Origin: an uncultured Gammaproteobacteria bacterium
GTDB lineage: Bacteria > Patescibacteriota > Microgenomatia > Daviesbacterales > UBA10151
Reading direction: 5' to 3'
Assembly: GCA_964547465.1 (NCBI GenBank)
Contig: CAZJNI010000006.1
Span: 2,505 to 66,504 of the forward strand
Length of the DNA: 64,000 bases
Shown here: positions 46,676 through 55,839 of the stretch, in pieces
Layout of the letters: every line of letters starts with the position of its first letter
Position numbering within the stretch: position 1 is the stretch's first letter
Notes under the pieces: generated by a model
The model's input: the letters and a program-made list of their open reading frames with translations, nothing else
The model's database searches: none
Told to the model about the DNA's origin: nothing
Made by a program: the position numbers and the translations under genes

Positions 46676-47740
46676 GTGGAAGAGAAGTTAAAAAAAATTC
46701 AGCAGGAATATCTAAATAAGATTAATTCATCTAAAACTTTAAAGCAACTGGATGAGATTTTTATTGCGCTTTTTGGAAAAAATGGGGAAGTTGACCTGCT
46801 TTCCCATCAATTTAAAAGTTTACCTAAAGACGAGTTAAAAACTGTAGGTCCTCTATTTAATCGGATTAAGCAGGAATTAGAACAAGGGATAAGGGTAAAG
46901 CGTGAAGGGTTAAGAGAAGAAATTTATAAAGGCCTGGCGAATGAAAAATTTACGTTCCAACCCCAGGTGTTAGAAGTTAAAAAAAGAAAAGGGCATTTGC
47001 ATCCTGTTAACCAATTTGAAGGTGAAATTGTCAGACTTTTTAACAAATTAGGTTTTGTCAGAGCAGATGCTCCTTTAATTGACACTGATTATAATAATTT
47101 TGAGGTTTTAAATATTCCGGAAAATCATCCTGCCAGGGATCTCTGGGATACTTTGTATATAAATTCAAAGTTAAAAGTTAAAAGTGAAAAGTTACTCTTA
47201 AGAACTCATACCTCTAATGCGCAAATCAGAATTTTAAAGAACAATAAACCACCTATTAGGATGATGTCTTTGGGTAGATGCTTTAGATATGAGCAGGTTG
47301 ATGCCAGACATGAACACACCCTTGAGCAATTTGAGATTGTGTATGTGGATAAGGGAGTCAGTATGGCTCATCTGCAATTTTTATCTGAATATTTTTTTAA
47401 ATCAGTCTTAGGAAAGGATATAAAAGTGAGGCTCAGGCCAAAATATTATCCTTTTGTTGAACCCGGAGTAGGTATAGACGCTACTTGCGTTTTTTGTAAG
47501 GGTACAGGCTGTAGGGTTTGTGGTGAAGTGGGATGGTTAGAACTGGCTGGAGCAGGCATGATTCATCCTAAAGTGTTGGAAGCCGGCGGAATTGATCCAA
47601 AGGAGTATTCTGGAATTGCCTGGGGTGTAGGACCAGAAAGAATGGCTATGCTTAAATATGGCGTTGAGGATATTAGGCTTTTTAATAGCGGTGATTTAAG
47701 CTTTTTACAAGGTGCGTCCTTTGTTAAGGTCGAACCTTAA
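46676..47740 (+). CDS. pheS: phenylalanine--tRNA ligase alpha subunit
   Basis: HPARD, LLRTHTS, YPFVEP and GAGMIHP. Confidence 0.97.
   Translation: MEEKLKKIQQEYLNKINSSKTLKQLDEIFIALFGKNGEVDLLSHQFKSLPKDELKTVGPLFNRIKQELEQGIRVKREGLREEIYKGLANEKFTFQPQVLEVKKRKGHLHPVNQFEGEIVRLFNKLGFVRADAPLIDTDYNNFEVLNIPENHPARDLWDTLYINSKLKVKSEKLLLRTHTSNAQIRILKNNKPPIRMMSLGRCFRYEQVDARHEHTLEQFEIVYVDKGVSMAHLQFLSEYFFKSVLGKDIKVRLRPKYYPFVEPGVGIDATCVFCKGTGCRVCGEVGWLELAGAGMIHPKVLEAGGIDPKEYSGIAWGVGPERMAMLKYGVEDIRLFNSGDLSFLQGASFVKVEP
47161..47193. repeat. heptamer array in frame in pheS
   Basis: aaattca aagttaa aagttaa aagtgaa aagtt; encodes NSKLKVKSEKL. Confidence 0.65.
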
Positions 47741-47755
47741 CCAAGGTCCGACCTG
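47708..47755. repeat. AGGTCNNACCT triple repeat forming the pheS C-terminus and stop
   Basis: caaggtgcgtcctttgttaaggtcgaaccttaaccaaggtccgacctg. Confidence 0.8.
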
Positions 47756-47762
47756 AACAATT

Positions 47763-49409
47763 ATGAAAATATCTATCAATTGGCTTAAAGAATTGGTTGA
47801 TCTAAATTGCTCTATAGAAGAACTGGTTAATTTATTGCCTCTAAGAACTATTGGGACTAAAGAAGTAACTGATACTTATATTGAGCTGGATATGAAAGGC
47901 TATAATCGGGCAGACCTATTATCCATGCGTGGCGTGGCAGAGGAAGTATCTGCCATTACCAGCTCAAAAGTCCTGTTTGAGGAGCCACAGGAGGCCCAGT
48001 TCGTCTGGAACCAGCAGAAACTACCAAGTGACAAGGTTGAGATCCAAAATCCCCAGCTTGCTCCTTTTTATACCATCACTAAAATAGAGGGATTAAAGAC
48101 GGGAAAATCTTCTCCAGAAATAGTCAAAAAGCTGGAGGATTCTGGCATGAGGTCAGTAGATAACATAACTGATGTAACAAATTTAATCATGCTGGAGTAT
48201 GGCCAACCTTTGCATGCATTTGATGCCAGAGGCGTTAAAGATGAGGCAATAATAGTCAGGACAGCTAAAAAAGGGGAGAAGATTACCACTTTGGATGGAA
48301 AAACAAGGGACTTGGAAGAATCAGATTTATTAATTGCTGATTCTCAAAAAGCTTTAGGGCTGGCAGGAGTGATGGGCGGAAAAGATTCTGAAGTAAATGA
48401 AACCACCAGTACCATTCTACTTGAGGCAGCCATATTTGATCCTGTTAATATCAGAAAAACTGCCACCGGATTAGGTTTACAATCCGAGGCTTCAAAAAGA
48501 TTCCAGCATGGCTTAACCAAAAAAAGGCTTCTCCAGGCTTTAAATGCAGCCATAAAAATGTACAAGGAACTGGGTGAAAAAGTAACCACAGTCACCATAG
48601 TAGGTAATTTCGAAGATAAGGTTAGGAAAATTACTTTGACTAAGAAAAAACTGGAGGATTTGGTCGGGATTAAATTTGAAGATAAACAGGTAGAGGATTA
48701 TTTACAAAGTTTAGGTTTTACTTTAGCCTCGCAAGGACCAACTTTGTATGCGTGGAATGTAGTAATTCCGTACTGGAGATTAGACATTGAGTTAGAAGAG
48801 GATGTAATAGAGGAAGTTGCCAGGATGTATGGATATGAGAAGATCCCAGCTGAGACGGTTTCTGAATCAAAAGCACTTCAAGTTGAAGATCCAATTTTTA
48901 AAACTATTTCTGATTTAAGACAAAAACTAGTTGATTCAGGTTTAACTGAAGTTCAAACATATTCTTTTTATTCTACCCAGGTTTTAGAGGCTCTAGCATC
49001 TGATAAAGAAAGATTAGTAAAAGTGGCTAACCCAATATCTTCAGAAACAGAGTATTTAAGGGAAAATTTATGGCCAAATTTAGTGGAGATAGTGGGGAGA
49101 AATTTAAGAAAAGGGTTCAAAGACATAGCTGTATTTGAGATTGGCAAAACTTTTGAAGTGGGCCCAGATGGAAACCCTGTAGAAAACTACAGACTGACCA
49201 TAGCCTTAATGAATGGCACAGACAATCCAATTACTGAACTCTTTAGTCTTGCAAAATCCCTAAATATCGTCAAGACACCTGGGCTTTTTGAAAATCACTC
49301 ATTGTTTCACCCAAAGCGAATTACAAACAATATGGCGGAAATTCACTTAAGAGTCTTAAATAAATTAGGAATTGAGAAAAGAGTGGCTGTTTTGGAGATT
49401 GAACTTTAA
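47763..49409 (+). CDS. pheT: phenylalanine--tRNA ligase beta subunit, short form
   Basis: NRADLLSMRG, YGQPLHAFD, LAGVMGG and EEVARMYGY; 548 aa. Confidence 0.95.
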   Translation: MKISINWLKELVDLNCSIEELVNLLPLRTIGTKEVTDTYIELDMKGYNRADLLSMRGVAEEVSAITSSKVLFEEPQEAQFVWNQQKLPSDKVEIQNPQLAPFYTITKIEGLKTGKSSPEIVKKLEDSGMRSVDNITDVTNLIMLEYGQPLHAFDARGVKDEAIIVRTAKKGEKITTLDGKTRDLEESDLLIADSQKALGLAGVMGGKDSEVNETTSTILLEAAIFDPVNIRKTATGLGLQSEASKRFQHGLTKKRLLQALNAAIKMYKELGEKVTTVTIVGNFEDKVRKITLTKKKLEDLVGIKFEDKQVEDYLQSLGFTLASQGPTLYAWNVVIPYWRLDIELEEDVIEEVARMYGYEKIPAETVSESKALQVEDPIFKTISDLRQKLVDSGLTEVQTYSFYSTQVLEALASDKERLVKVANPISSETEYLRENLWPNLVEIVGRNLRKGFKDIAVFEIGKTFEVGPDGNPVENYRLTIALMNGTDNPITELFSLAKSLNIVKTPGLFENHSLFHPKRITNNMAEIHLRVLNKLGIEKRVAVLEIEL

Positions 49410-51967
49410 AGAGCAACGGTTACTCCGATTGAACTGGAGAAAGAACCTCCATTATTATCCTCTAATGTCACCGTAATTGTATGCGAACCTTTATCTCCCT
49501 GCGGGAATTCTACATGCAGGGCATAGGGCTCGGATGTTTGAGTAGATTTTGGTGATCCATCTATCATCCAGGTCACTTTTTTCACTCCGGCTGGAGAATT
49601 TGTCCTGGCTAAAACATCAAAAACCCTTGGCACATTTGCCCCGTTTGCCACATTCACAATTTCTATAATTCCACCTGTCCCGGCACTAAATCCTGGAATT
49701 CCACTGCAACCTCTGGTTGCACCAACTAACCTGGCATCCGGAGCAGTAATAACCCAATCATCAATGCCTTTTTGCCATTTGTCCGCACCTGTTGGGTCTT
49801 TTTCCTGCAAGACTATGACATCTTTCTCCTCGTTATCCTCATTATCATTAGCTAGCCTATGCGGATTGCTTTTACAAACCTTTTGCCTCTGATAAGCAGG
49901 AGATTCACTATTTGGCTCTGTTCCTCCAATAAAGTATTCCTTCCTTGTTGGAGAGCCGCTATGCGGCTTGCCAGACATTAATCCATCCACATCTGCCTGA
50001 ATAACCTTAGCAGGTTTTTCAAAAGATTCATTTGGCTTATTTTTCAAGACTTCCTTCATCAAACGGTTCCACACAGTGGTAGCTCCAGTTACACCTGAAG
50101 CAATACGGGGATCAAGCGGGGAGTTATCATTATTTCCAACCCAAACACCCACCACGTAAGATGGGGTATAACCGATGGCCCAATTATCTCTTTTTTGATC
50201 TGTGGTCCCGGTTTTTACAGCCACAGTTTTACCCGGAATATTAAGGTAGGAGTTAGATCCAAAAGCTGCAGTCCTTGCTCCATTATCAGATAAAATATCA
50301 GAAATTATAAAGCTAATCCCATCATCAATCACTTTCCTGCCATCATGAGGTTTATATTCCAGTAATGTCTTATCTTTTGAATCAGTTACTTTAAGTATTG
50401 AGACAGGATCTTGCTGCTCACCCTTATTGGCCAATACTCCAAATGCAGAGGTTAAATCCAGAAGTCTTACCTCCCGGCCTCCTAAAGTTAGCGAAAGTCC
50501 AACAGAATTAACATTTTCCTCTGACGGTTCCCAGGTAGTTATTCCCATTCTATAGCCTTGCTCCAAAACATCTTTTACTCCAACCAGAGCCAGCATCTTA
50601 ACTGCCGGGATATTATACGAATTGCCTAAGGCATACCTTATTTGAACCGGGCCGTGAAATTGTCCATCATAATTAAGCGGTATATATTCAGGCAAATTTG
50701 CCCCGCCCGGAAAGGTAGTTTTTACATCTATTAAAGTATAGTTTGCGTTATACCCTTTTTCCAGCGCCTTTGAGTAGGTAATTGGTTTTGTAGCACTCCC
50801 GGGTTGACGAAGGGATAGAGCTGCATTTACATTTGGTTCAAAAACACAACTTTTCCCTTCCAAACATCCTTCTGGTTCACTCTTTGCAAAATAATCTTTA
50901 CTTCCCGCAAGTGCCAAAATCTGTCCGGTTTTCGGATCTATAACTACAGCCGCGCCGTTTCCAATTTTAGAGGAGTTGAGTTTATCTACTTCTTCTTTAA
51001 CAATAGTTTGGGCTTTTTCCTGTATTTTGTAATCCAGGGTTGTTGTAACCTTTAAGCCTCCCTGTTCAACTAATCTATCCCCAAATTGCTCTATTAATTT
51101 TTGTTTGACATAAAGTACAAAATGAGGCGCTTTAAAGCCCAACTCGTTTTGTTTTGTCCTAAACGTCAACTCTTTTCCTTCCGCATCTTTTTCCTGCTCC
51201 TTTGTAATGTATCCATCATCAACCATTCGTTTCAGAACTGCTTTCTGCCGCTCTTTTGAGAGCTCTGGATTAGTCCCATATGGTGAATAAACCGAAGGTC
51301 TTTGTGGAAGTCCGGCTAAAAGAGAAGCCTCTGCTAAATCCAGGTCTTTGGCGGACTTGCCAAAATAAAGATTTGCTGCAGCCTCAATCCCATATGCTGT
51401 GCCGCCGTAGGGGATTTCGTTAAGATACATTTCCAGTATTTGATCTTTGGTGTATGTTCTTTCAACTTGTATAGATAATATAAGCTCTTTTAGTTTTCTC
51501 ACCACAGATGTTTCAGAAGAAAGCAGGGCATTTTTAACCAGCTGTTGGGTTAAGGTAGACCCTCCTCCCTCAATTCTTCTTTGTATTATTAAATTAAAAA
51601 CAGATCTTAAAATACCTGAAACAGAAAAGCCTGAATGTTTATAAAAATCCTTATCTTCAATAGCGATAGTCGACTCTTTAACTACTTCAGGGATATCTGC
51701 AAGTTTAATTGGAGTTCTATTTTGCCCCTCATAAATATCATATAAAAGCTCACCGTTTCTATCATAAATTTTAGTGGCCTGGGCCACAAATCTGGAAGTT
51801 AGCTCATCAGCTGATGGGACCTGGGTAGCAAAAAAAACAACTGATCCAAAAAGAAGTAGCAAAAATCCTAAACTTAAAAAAATTATAGAGTTGGAAAGTT
51901 TTGATAACAGTTTAAAACGCCACAGCCGCGAATATTCTCTTCTCGCTTTCCAGGAACCTTGAGCCAT
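49406..51967 (-). CDS. class A penicillin-binding protein with C-terminal Ig-like domain
   Basis: EDKDFY.H.G, GGSTLTQQLVKN, RKLKE, SATK, SYN and KTGT. Confidence 0.95.
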   Translation of the reverse strand: MAQGSWKARREYSRLWRFKLLSKLSNSIIFLSLGFLLLLFGSVVFFATQVPSADELTSRFVAQATKIYDRNGELLYDIYEGQNRTPIKLADIPEVVKESTIAIEDKDFYKHSGFSVSGILRSVFNLIIQRRIEGGGSTLTQQLVKNALLSSETSVVRKLKELILSIQVERTYTKDQILEMYLNEIPYGGTAYGIEAAANLYFGKSAKDLDLAEASLLAGLPQRPSVYSPYGTNPELSKERQKAVLKRMVDDGYITKEQEKDAEGKELTFRTKQNELGFKAPHFVLYVKQKLIEQFGDRLVEQGGLKVTTTLDYKIQEKAQTIVKEEVDKLNSSKIGNGAAVVIDPKTGQILALAGSKDYFAKSEPEGCLEGKSCVFEPNVNAALSLRQPGSATKPITYSKALEKGYNANYTLIDVKTTFPGGANLPEYIPLNYDGQFHGPVQIRYALGNSYNIPAVKMLALVGVKDVLEQGYRMGITTWEPSEENVNSVGLSLTLGGREVRLLDLTSAFGVLANKGEQQDPVSILKVTDSKDKTLLEYKPHDGRKVIDDGISFIISDILSDNGARTAAFGSNSYLNIPGKTVAVKTGTTDQKRDNWAIGYTPSYVVGVWVGNNDNSPLDPRIASGVTGATTVWNRLMKEVLKNKPNESFEKPAKVIQADVDGLMSGKPHSGSPTRKEYFIGGTEPNSESPAYQRQKVCKSNPHRLANDNEDNEEKDVIVLQEKDPTGADKWQKGIDDWVITAPDARLVGATRGCSGIPGFSAGTGGIIEIVNVANGANVPRVFDVLARTNSPAGVKKVTWMIDGSPKSTQTSEPYALHVEFPQGDKGSHTITVTLEDNNGGSFSSSIGVTVAL

Positions 51968-52008
51968 ATGAAGAAATTATAACAGAAATTAGGTATAATA
52001 GGATCCAA

Positions 52009-52091
52009 CCGGAGGTGGCAGAGTAGTCAATTGCACCAGACTGTAAATCTGGCGGGTTTTCCCTGCGAAGGTGCGAATCCTTCCCTCCGGA
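52009..52091 (+). tRNA. tRNA-Tyr(GTA)
   Basis: Anticodon arm CCAGA-CT GTA AA-TCTGG; long variable arm; T-loop TGCGAAT; C1-G72 pair. Confidence 0.92.
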
Positions 52092-52093
52092 CA

Positions 52094-53680
52094 CTAAAAT
52101 CTCAACCACTCCAAAATGATTTGAAGAAGACCACGATTAGTACTCACTCCTTGAGTACTGCCGCATTGACAGCTTGAACCATTCCAGGAACAACCAGATG
52201 TTTGAGCGCAAGCAGTGGCAGGATCCTGTGTAGAGGTAGTACTTCCTTGAGAAGTTTGAGTTTCTGTTGAGCTGGTGGTCGGCTGGGGAGTACTACCAGT
52301 CGATGTAGAACCGGAAGACTGACACTGACAATTACAGAAATCTCCATTCCAACTGCAAGTTCCCCCGCAAGACCTACATCCTGACTCCTGGTTCTCTCGA
52401 GTCATATTGGATGGAGCAGAGGTTGATGCCGGATAAGGTGTGGTCGTTGCGGTAGAACCAGAGCCTGAAGTTGAAGTACTGCCACCTGAAGTATAACCCT
52501 GACAATTACAGTATCCGCTGCTCCAATTACAAGTTCCACCTCCTGCTCTGCAACCTGCCTCTTGAGTCTCACGACTCCCGTAATAAGGAGTAGAATAGGG
52601 AGATGCCGAATAACCGGGTTGATATCCGCCAGTTGACGTTCCATCAGATGTATTCGAAGGCCTGCATCTATCCGGATTTTGCCTGCAGTATTCTTCAAAC
52701 TGTTTTCTTTGTTCCTCACTTCCAAAGCTGGCCGCTTGACCAGGTTGGCATTTATCTGGATTAGCTTGACAATAGCTGGCATATTCAGAAGCTTTTCGAG
52801 CGGATTCCTCTGTTTCACCATAAAATCCGCAATGACAGGTATTTTCTTTCCAGGCACAATTGGGGGTCTTATTACACATTTCTTGAGGATTATATCCTGG
52901 AGGCGGTGATCCACCTGGTCCTACGAAACCTCTTCTACATTGATCCTCATTTTCCTGACAATAAGTTCTACAAGAGGCTTCACTATTACAGCCACCAGGA
53001 CCGGTAAATGTGCCTCCGGATGTAGAGCTAAACCCGGAACAAACTGAATAGTTATTAGGATCCGAACAAAATGCCTTACAGGTAGCCTCGGAAGTACATC
53101 CACCAGGGCCAACTTGCTGCTGTCCTCCGTGTAAACCTACGGTCTTGGCGAATTCCGAACACTTTTGTCTGTTTTCTTCTTTTGAACAAAGCGATTGACA
53201 GCCAGCAGTTGAATCACAACCCAGCACTTCTTTAGCTCTGGTAATTACTTGGGTTCTGCTTAGATCTTCCACCTGTCCGCCAACCAAACCCTGACTCTTT
53301 GCAAAGGAATCACATTTATCGTGATTGGCCGAAACTTCGCAGAAGTTAAGACATGATGCTTTGGAATCACACCCTAATAGCTTTTTAGCTGCTTGTAAAA
53401 CCCTATCATTTACCTCAAACTTATCTTCTTGATAAAAACCTTTCTGCTTGGCATAGTTAATACAGCTTGTGGCATTGAGTGGATCTTCACAAAAACTGCG
53501 ACAGGCTGAATAATCTGCACATCCGCCCAACTGCGCAATTGGGTAGCTAACTCCATATTTTTCAGCCGCACCTTCAGTACTCTCTTGAGCATGAGTAGTG
53601 GTAGCCATTATGAAGGAAGCTACCAAAGCTACCAGAAATCCTATCCAGGCTGTTTTTTGTGTTGTTAAAAATTTAATCAT
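52094..53680 (-). CDS. secreted cysteine-rich repeat protein
   Basis: Signal peptide; repeated (L/G)GC.S...C..FC units; C-terminal GGTC.W....CNC repeats; Ser/Thr linkers. Confidence 0.8.
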   Translation of the reverse strand: MIKFLTTQKTAWIGFLVALVASFIMATTTHAQESTEGAAEKYGVSYPIAQLGGCADYSACRSFCEDPLNATSCINYAKQKGFYQEDKFEVNDRVLQAAKKLLGCDSKASCLNFCEVSANHDKCDSFAKSQGLVGGQVEDLSRTQVITRAKEVLGCDSTAGCQSLCSKEENRQKCSEFAKTVGLHGGQQQVGPGGCTSEATCKAFCSDPNNYSVCSGFSSTSGGTFTGPGGCNSEASCRTYCQENEDQCRRGFVGPGGSPPPGYNPQEMCNKTPNCAWKENTCHCGFYGETEESARKASEYASYCQANPDKCQPGQAASFGSEEQRKQFEEYCRQNPDRCRPSNTSDGTSTGGYQPGYSASPYSTPYYGSRETQEAGCRAGGGTCNWSSGYCNCQGYTSGGSTSTSGSGSTATTTPYPASTSAPSNMTRENQESGCRSCGGTCSWNGDFCNCQCQSSGSTSTGSTPQPTTSSTETQTSQGSTTSTQDPATACAQTSGCSWNGSSCQCGSTQGVSTNRGLLQIILEWLRF

Positions 53681-53910
53681 TTTAGTGTGTCAAATGGATT
53701 CTTATATCCTGCAAATGGATTGACAAATTTACCCTCAAAAGGGTTCTGATATCGAGTCTGTAACTGGACTGTTGGTTCCTTTTTTTGTCCTGGTAAAGAA
53801 GGAAGGGTTGTCTTCTTAAGAACTCCTGAAAGGAAGATAAAAATAACTGCTGCGGCAGCAAGCAGCAGAAGGAGAGGGACAGCTAAAGCAACAACTCCTT
53901 TTTGATTCAT
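53677..53910 (-). CDS. small pilin-like single-TM protein
   Basis: MNQKG|V followed by a hydrophobic helix (class III signal-like); NPF three times at the C-terminus. Confidence 0.55.
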   Translation of the reverse strand: MNQKGVVALAVPLLLLLAAAAVIFIFLSGVLKKTTLPSLPGQKKEPTVQLQTRYQNPFEGKFVNPFAGYKNPFDTLK

Positions 53911-54006
53911 TTCAGGTTCTAATATATTCTTAATATAAAGAAATACCTTTTGTCAACTCCCCGGTGCACCGAATTTCACTTCCATTTCCAGTATACTCAT
54001 ACCCGG

Positions 54007-55800
54007 TTAGTCAGACTTGGTCCATCTGGAAGTAGGAGTTTTAACTCTTCCCAATTTTTGACCTATTCTTAAAACTAAAGAAAGCAGGGAGTAGTAAAAT
54101 TTTCCATGGTAATGCACTGATGCTTTGACTAAATGTTCCATGGCTTTTTCCTGACCGATTTTTTTGGTGGATGCTCCATGATGATGAATAAACTTTGCAG
54201 ATGGCACAAAATACACCGGGATACCAAGTTTTTTTAGTCTTCTGCAATATTCCAAATCCTCAAAAAATATAAAAGTCCCTTCATCCAAAAGCCCCACTTT
54301 ATATAAAATCTTCTTGGGAATCATAAAGCAAGCCATCACAAATCCTTCTACCCTAACCGGGTTTTCACCTTTTGGCAAATACATAAAGTAGGAGCCCTTT
54401 TTTTTCAAAAAGTATTCCTTAAATGCCCCGGTTATTGTGGGTAAGTGAAATACAGAATCTTGATTACTCATATCAGGAAAATATAATCTTCCCCCTAAAA
54501 CTGCCTCACCCTTAAATTCATCTTCCACCTTTATCAGATCAGATATTCCATTTTCCAAAACTTCAATATCAGAATTAAACATTAAAAAGTACTCACCTAG
54601 GGAATATTTAATAATTTTATTATAGCCTTTGGTAAAACCTTCATTTTCAGAATTCTTTAAGTATTTAATTTTGGGCAGGTATTCTTTTAAAACCTCTTTG
54701 CTGGGGTCAATATTGCCATTATCCAGAACTATTATTTCCATGTCACTCTGGCGAAAGCCAGAGTCTATATTAAAAATGCTTTCTAATAATTTTTTAACTA
54801 AATCAGGGGTGTTGTAGTTTACAATTCCTATGGACAGTTTCAATGGATACTGCACATGTTCAGGTGCGTCCTTGGTTAAGGTCGCACCTTGGTTAAGGTC
54901 GGACCTGCCCCAATTACCCAGATAAAAATCCAGAATTCCCTGTCTTTGGGCTGGACGGCCAAATACAAAAAGCTTGAGAGCTTCTCTGATTAGGGCAAAT
55001 CTTGCCCTACTTAAACCATATTTCATGCCAAAAATTAGTCTGTTTCTGGTGTGATAATAATCTGTTATTTTTGAACCAATACCTGTAGACCTGGAAACTT
55101 TATGAAAGAGGGTACTTTTTCCATTATAAAAAATCTTAAAGCCAGCATCTTTAACTCTTTGGGCAAATTCACTGTCCTCAAAGTATAAAAAATAATCTTC
55201 ATTCAGCAAACCAATTCTTTCAAAAACTTGCTTTTTTATTAAAACGCAAGCGCCGGAAAAGATATCCTGTTCTTCAACTGCATCATATTTTCCAAGATCT
55301 ACTTCATCTATCCCCCGGTGTTTATTGCCTACAAAGCTCCAGTCAAATACGCCTCCGGCGTACCAGATCACTTTACCTAAATCCTGATTTTTGTATCTGT
55401 CTTTGTGAAATTCAAAGCCTTTTTCAAAATATATTTTAGGGGAGACTAGGCCAATTTTTTCATCAGATTCTAGAGTTTTTACCAGCTCATCAATTAAGTT
55501 GTTATCATTTATTAAAGAGTCATTATTTATAATTAAAAAATAATCAGCTCCCCAAATTTGGGCATATTCAATACCCTTGTTGTATCCTCCGGAAAACCCT
55601 AAATTTGCCCCAGCTTGAATTATATCTACCTCGGGAAAGCCTTTCTGGATTGCAGAAACAGACCCATCAGATGAAGCATTGTCAACTACAATAACTTGTA
55701 ACTTGTAACTTGTAACTTGTAACTTGTTGAGCGACGCAAGGAGTTCAAGGCTATCTTTTTTACCATTATAATTAACTGTTATAATTGCTACTTTTTTCAT
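54007..55800 (-). CDS. double-domain GT2 glycosyltransferase
   Basis: Two GT2 domains: VVDNAS/NND/YFED and LDNG/NSD/FFED. Confidence 0.92.
   Translation of the reverse strand: MKKVAIITVNYNGKKDSLELLASLNKLQVTSYKLQVIVVDNASSDGSVSAIQKGFPEVDIIQAGANLGFSGGYNKGIEYAQIWGADYFLIINNDSLINDNNLIDELVKTLESDEKIGLVSPKIYFEKGFEFHKDRYKNQDLGKVIWYAGGVFDWSFVGNKHRGIDEVDLGKYDAVEEQDIFSGACVLIKKQVFERIGLLNEDYFLYFEDSEFAQRVKDAGFKIFYNGKSTLFHKVSRSTGIGSKITDYYHTRNRLIFGMKYGLSRARFALIREALKLFVFGRPAQRQGILDFYLGNWGRSDLNQGATLTKDAPEHVQYPLKLSIGIVNYNTPDLVKKLLESIFNIDSGFRQSDMEIIVLDNGNIDPSKEVLKEYLPKIKYLKNSENEGFTKGYNKIIKYSLGEYFLMFNSDIEVLENGISDLIKVEDEFKGEAVLGGRLYFPDMSNQDSVFHLPTITGAFKEYFLKKKGSYFMYLPKGENPVRVEGFVMACFMIPKKILYKVGLLDEGTFIFFEDLEYCRRLKKLGIPVYFVPSAKFIHHHGASTKKIGQEKAMEHLVKASVHYHGKFYYSLLSLVLRIGQKLGRVKTPTSRWTKSD
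54861..54907. repeat. AGGTCNNACCT triple repeat in the GT2 interdomain linker
   Basis: caggtgcgtccttggttaaggtcgcaccttggttaaggtcggacctg. Confidence 0.85.
55692..55726. repeat. (taacttg)5 in frame
   Basis: Five perfect copies; encodes KLQVTSYKLQV. Confidence 0.9.
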
Positions 55801-55839
55801 AATATACTGTTTCGTTATATCTATTCCGATCCCATATCG

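Noticed and set aside
51912-52109. 65-aa minus-strand ORF
   Set aside because: It is the antisense of tRNA-Tyr.
52144-53592. Alternative-frame ORFs (52144, 52402, 52679, 52921, 53410)
   Set aside because: Shadows of the Cys-rich gene with no motifs or independent start signals.
40852-54907. 17-bp-period repeats as a mini-CRISPR
   Set aside because: Units are too short, there are no unique 25-45 nt spacers, only 2-3 copies per site, and no cas genes.
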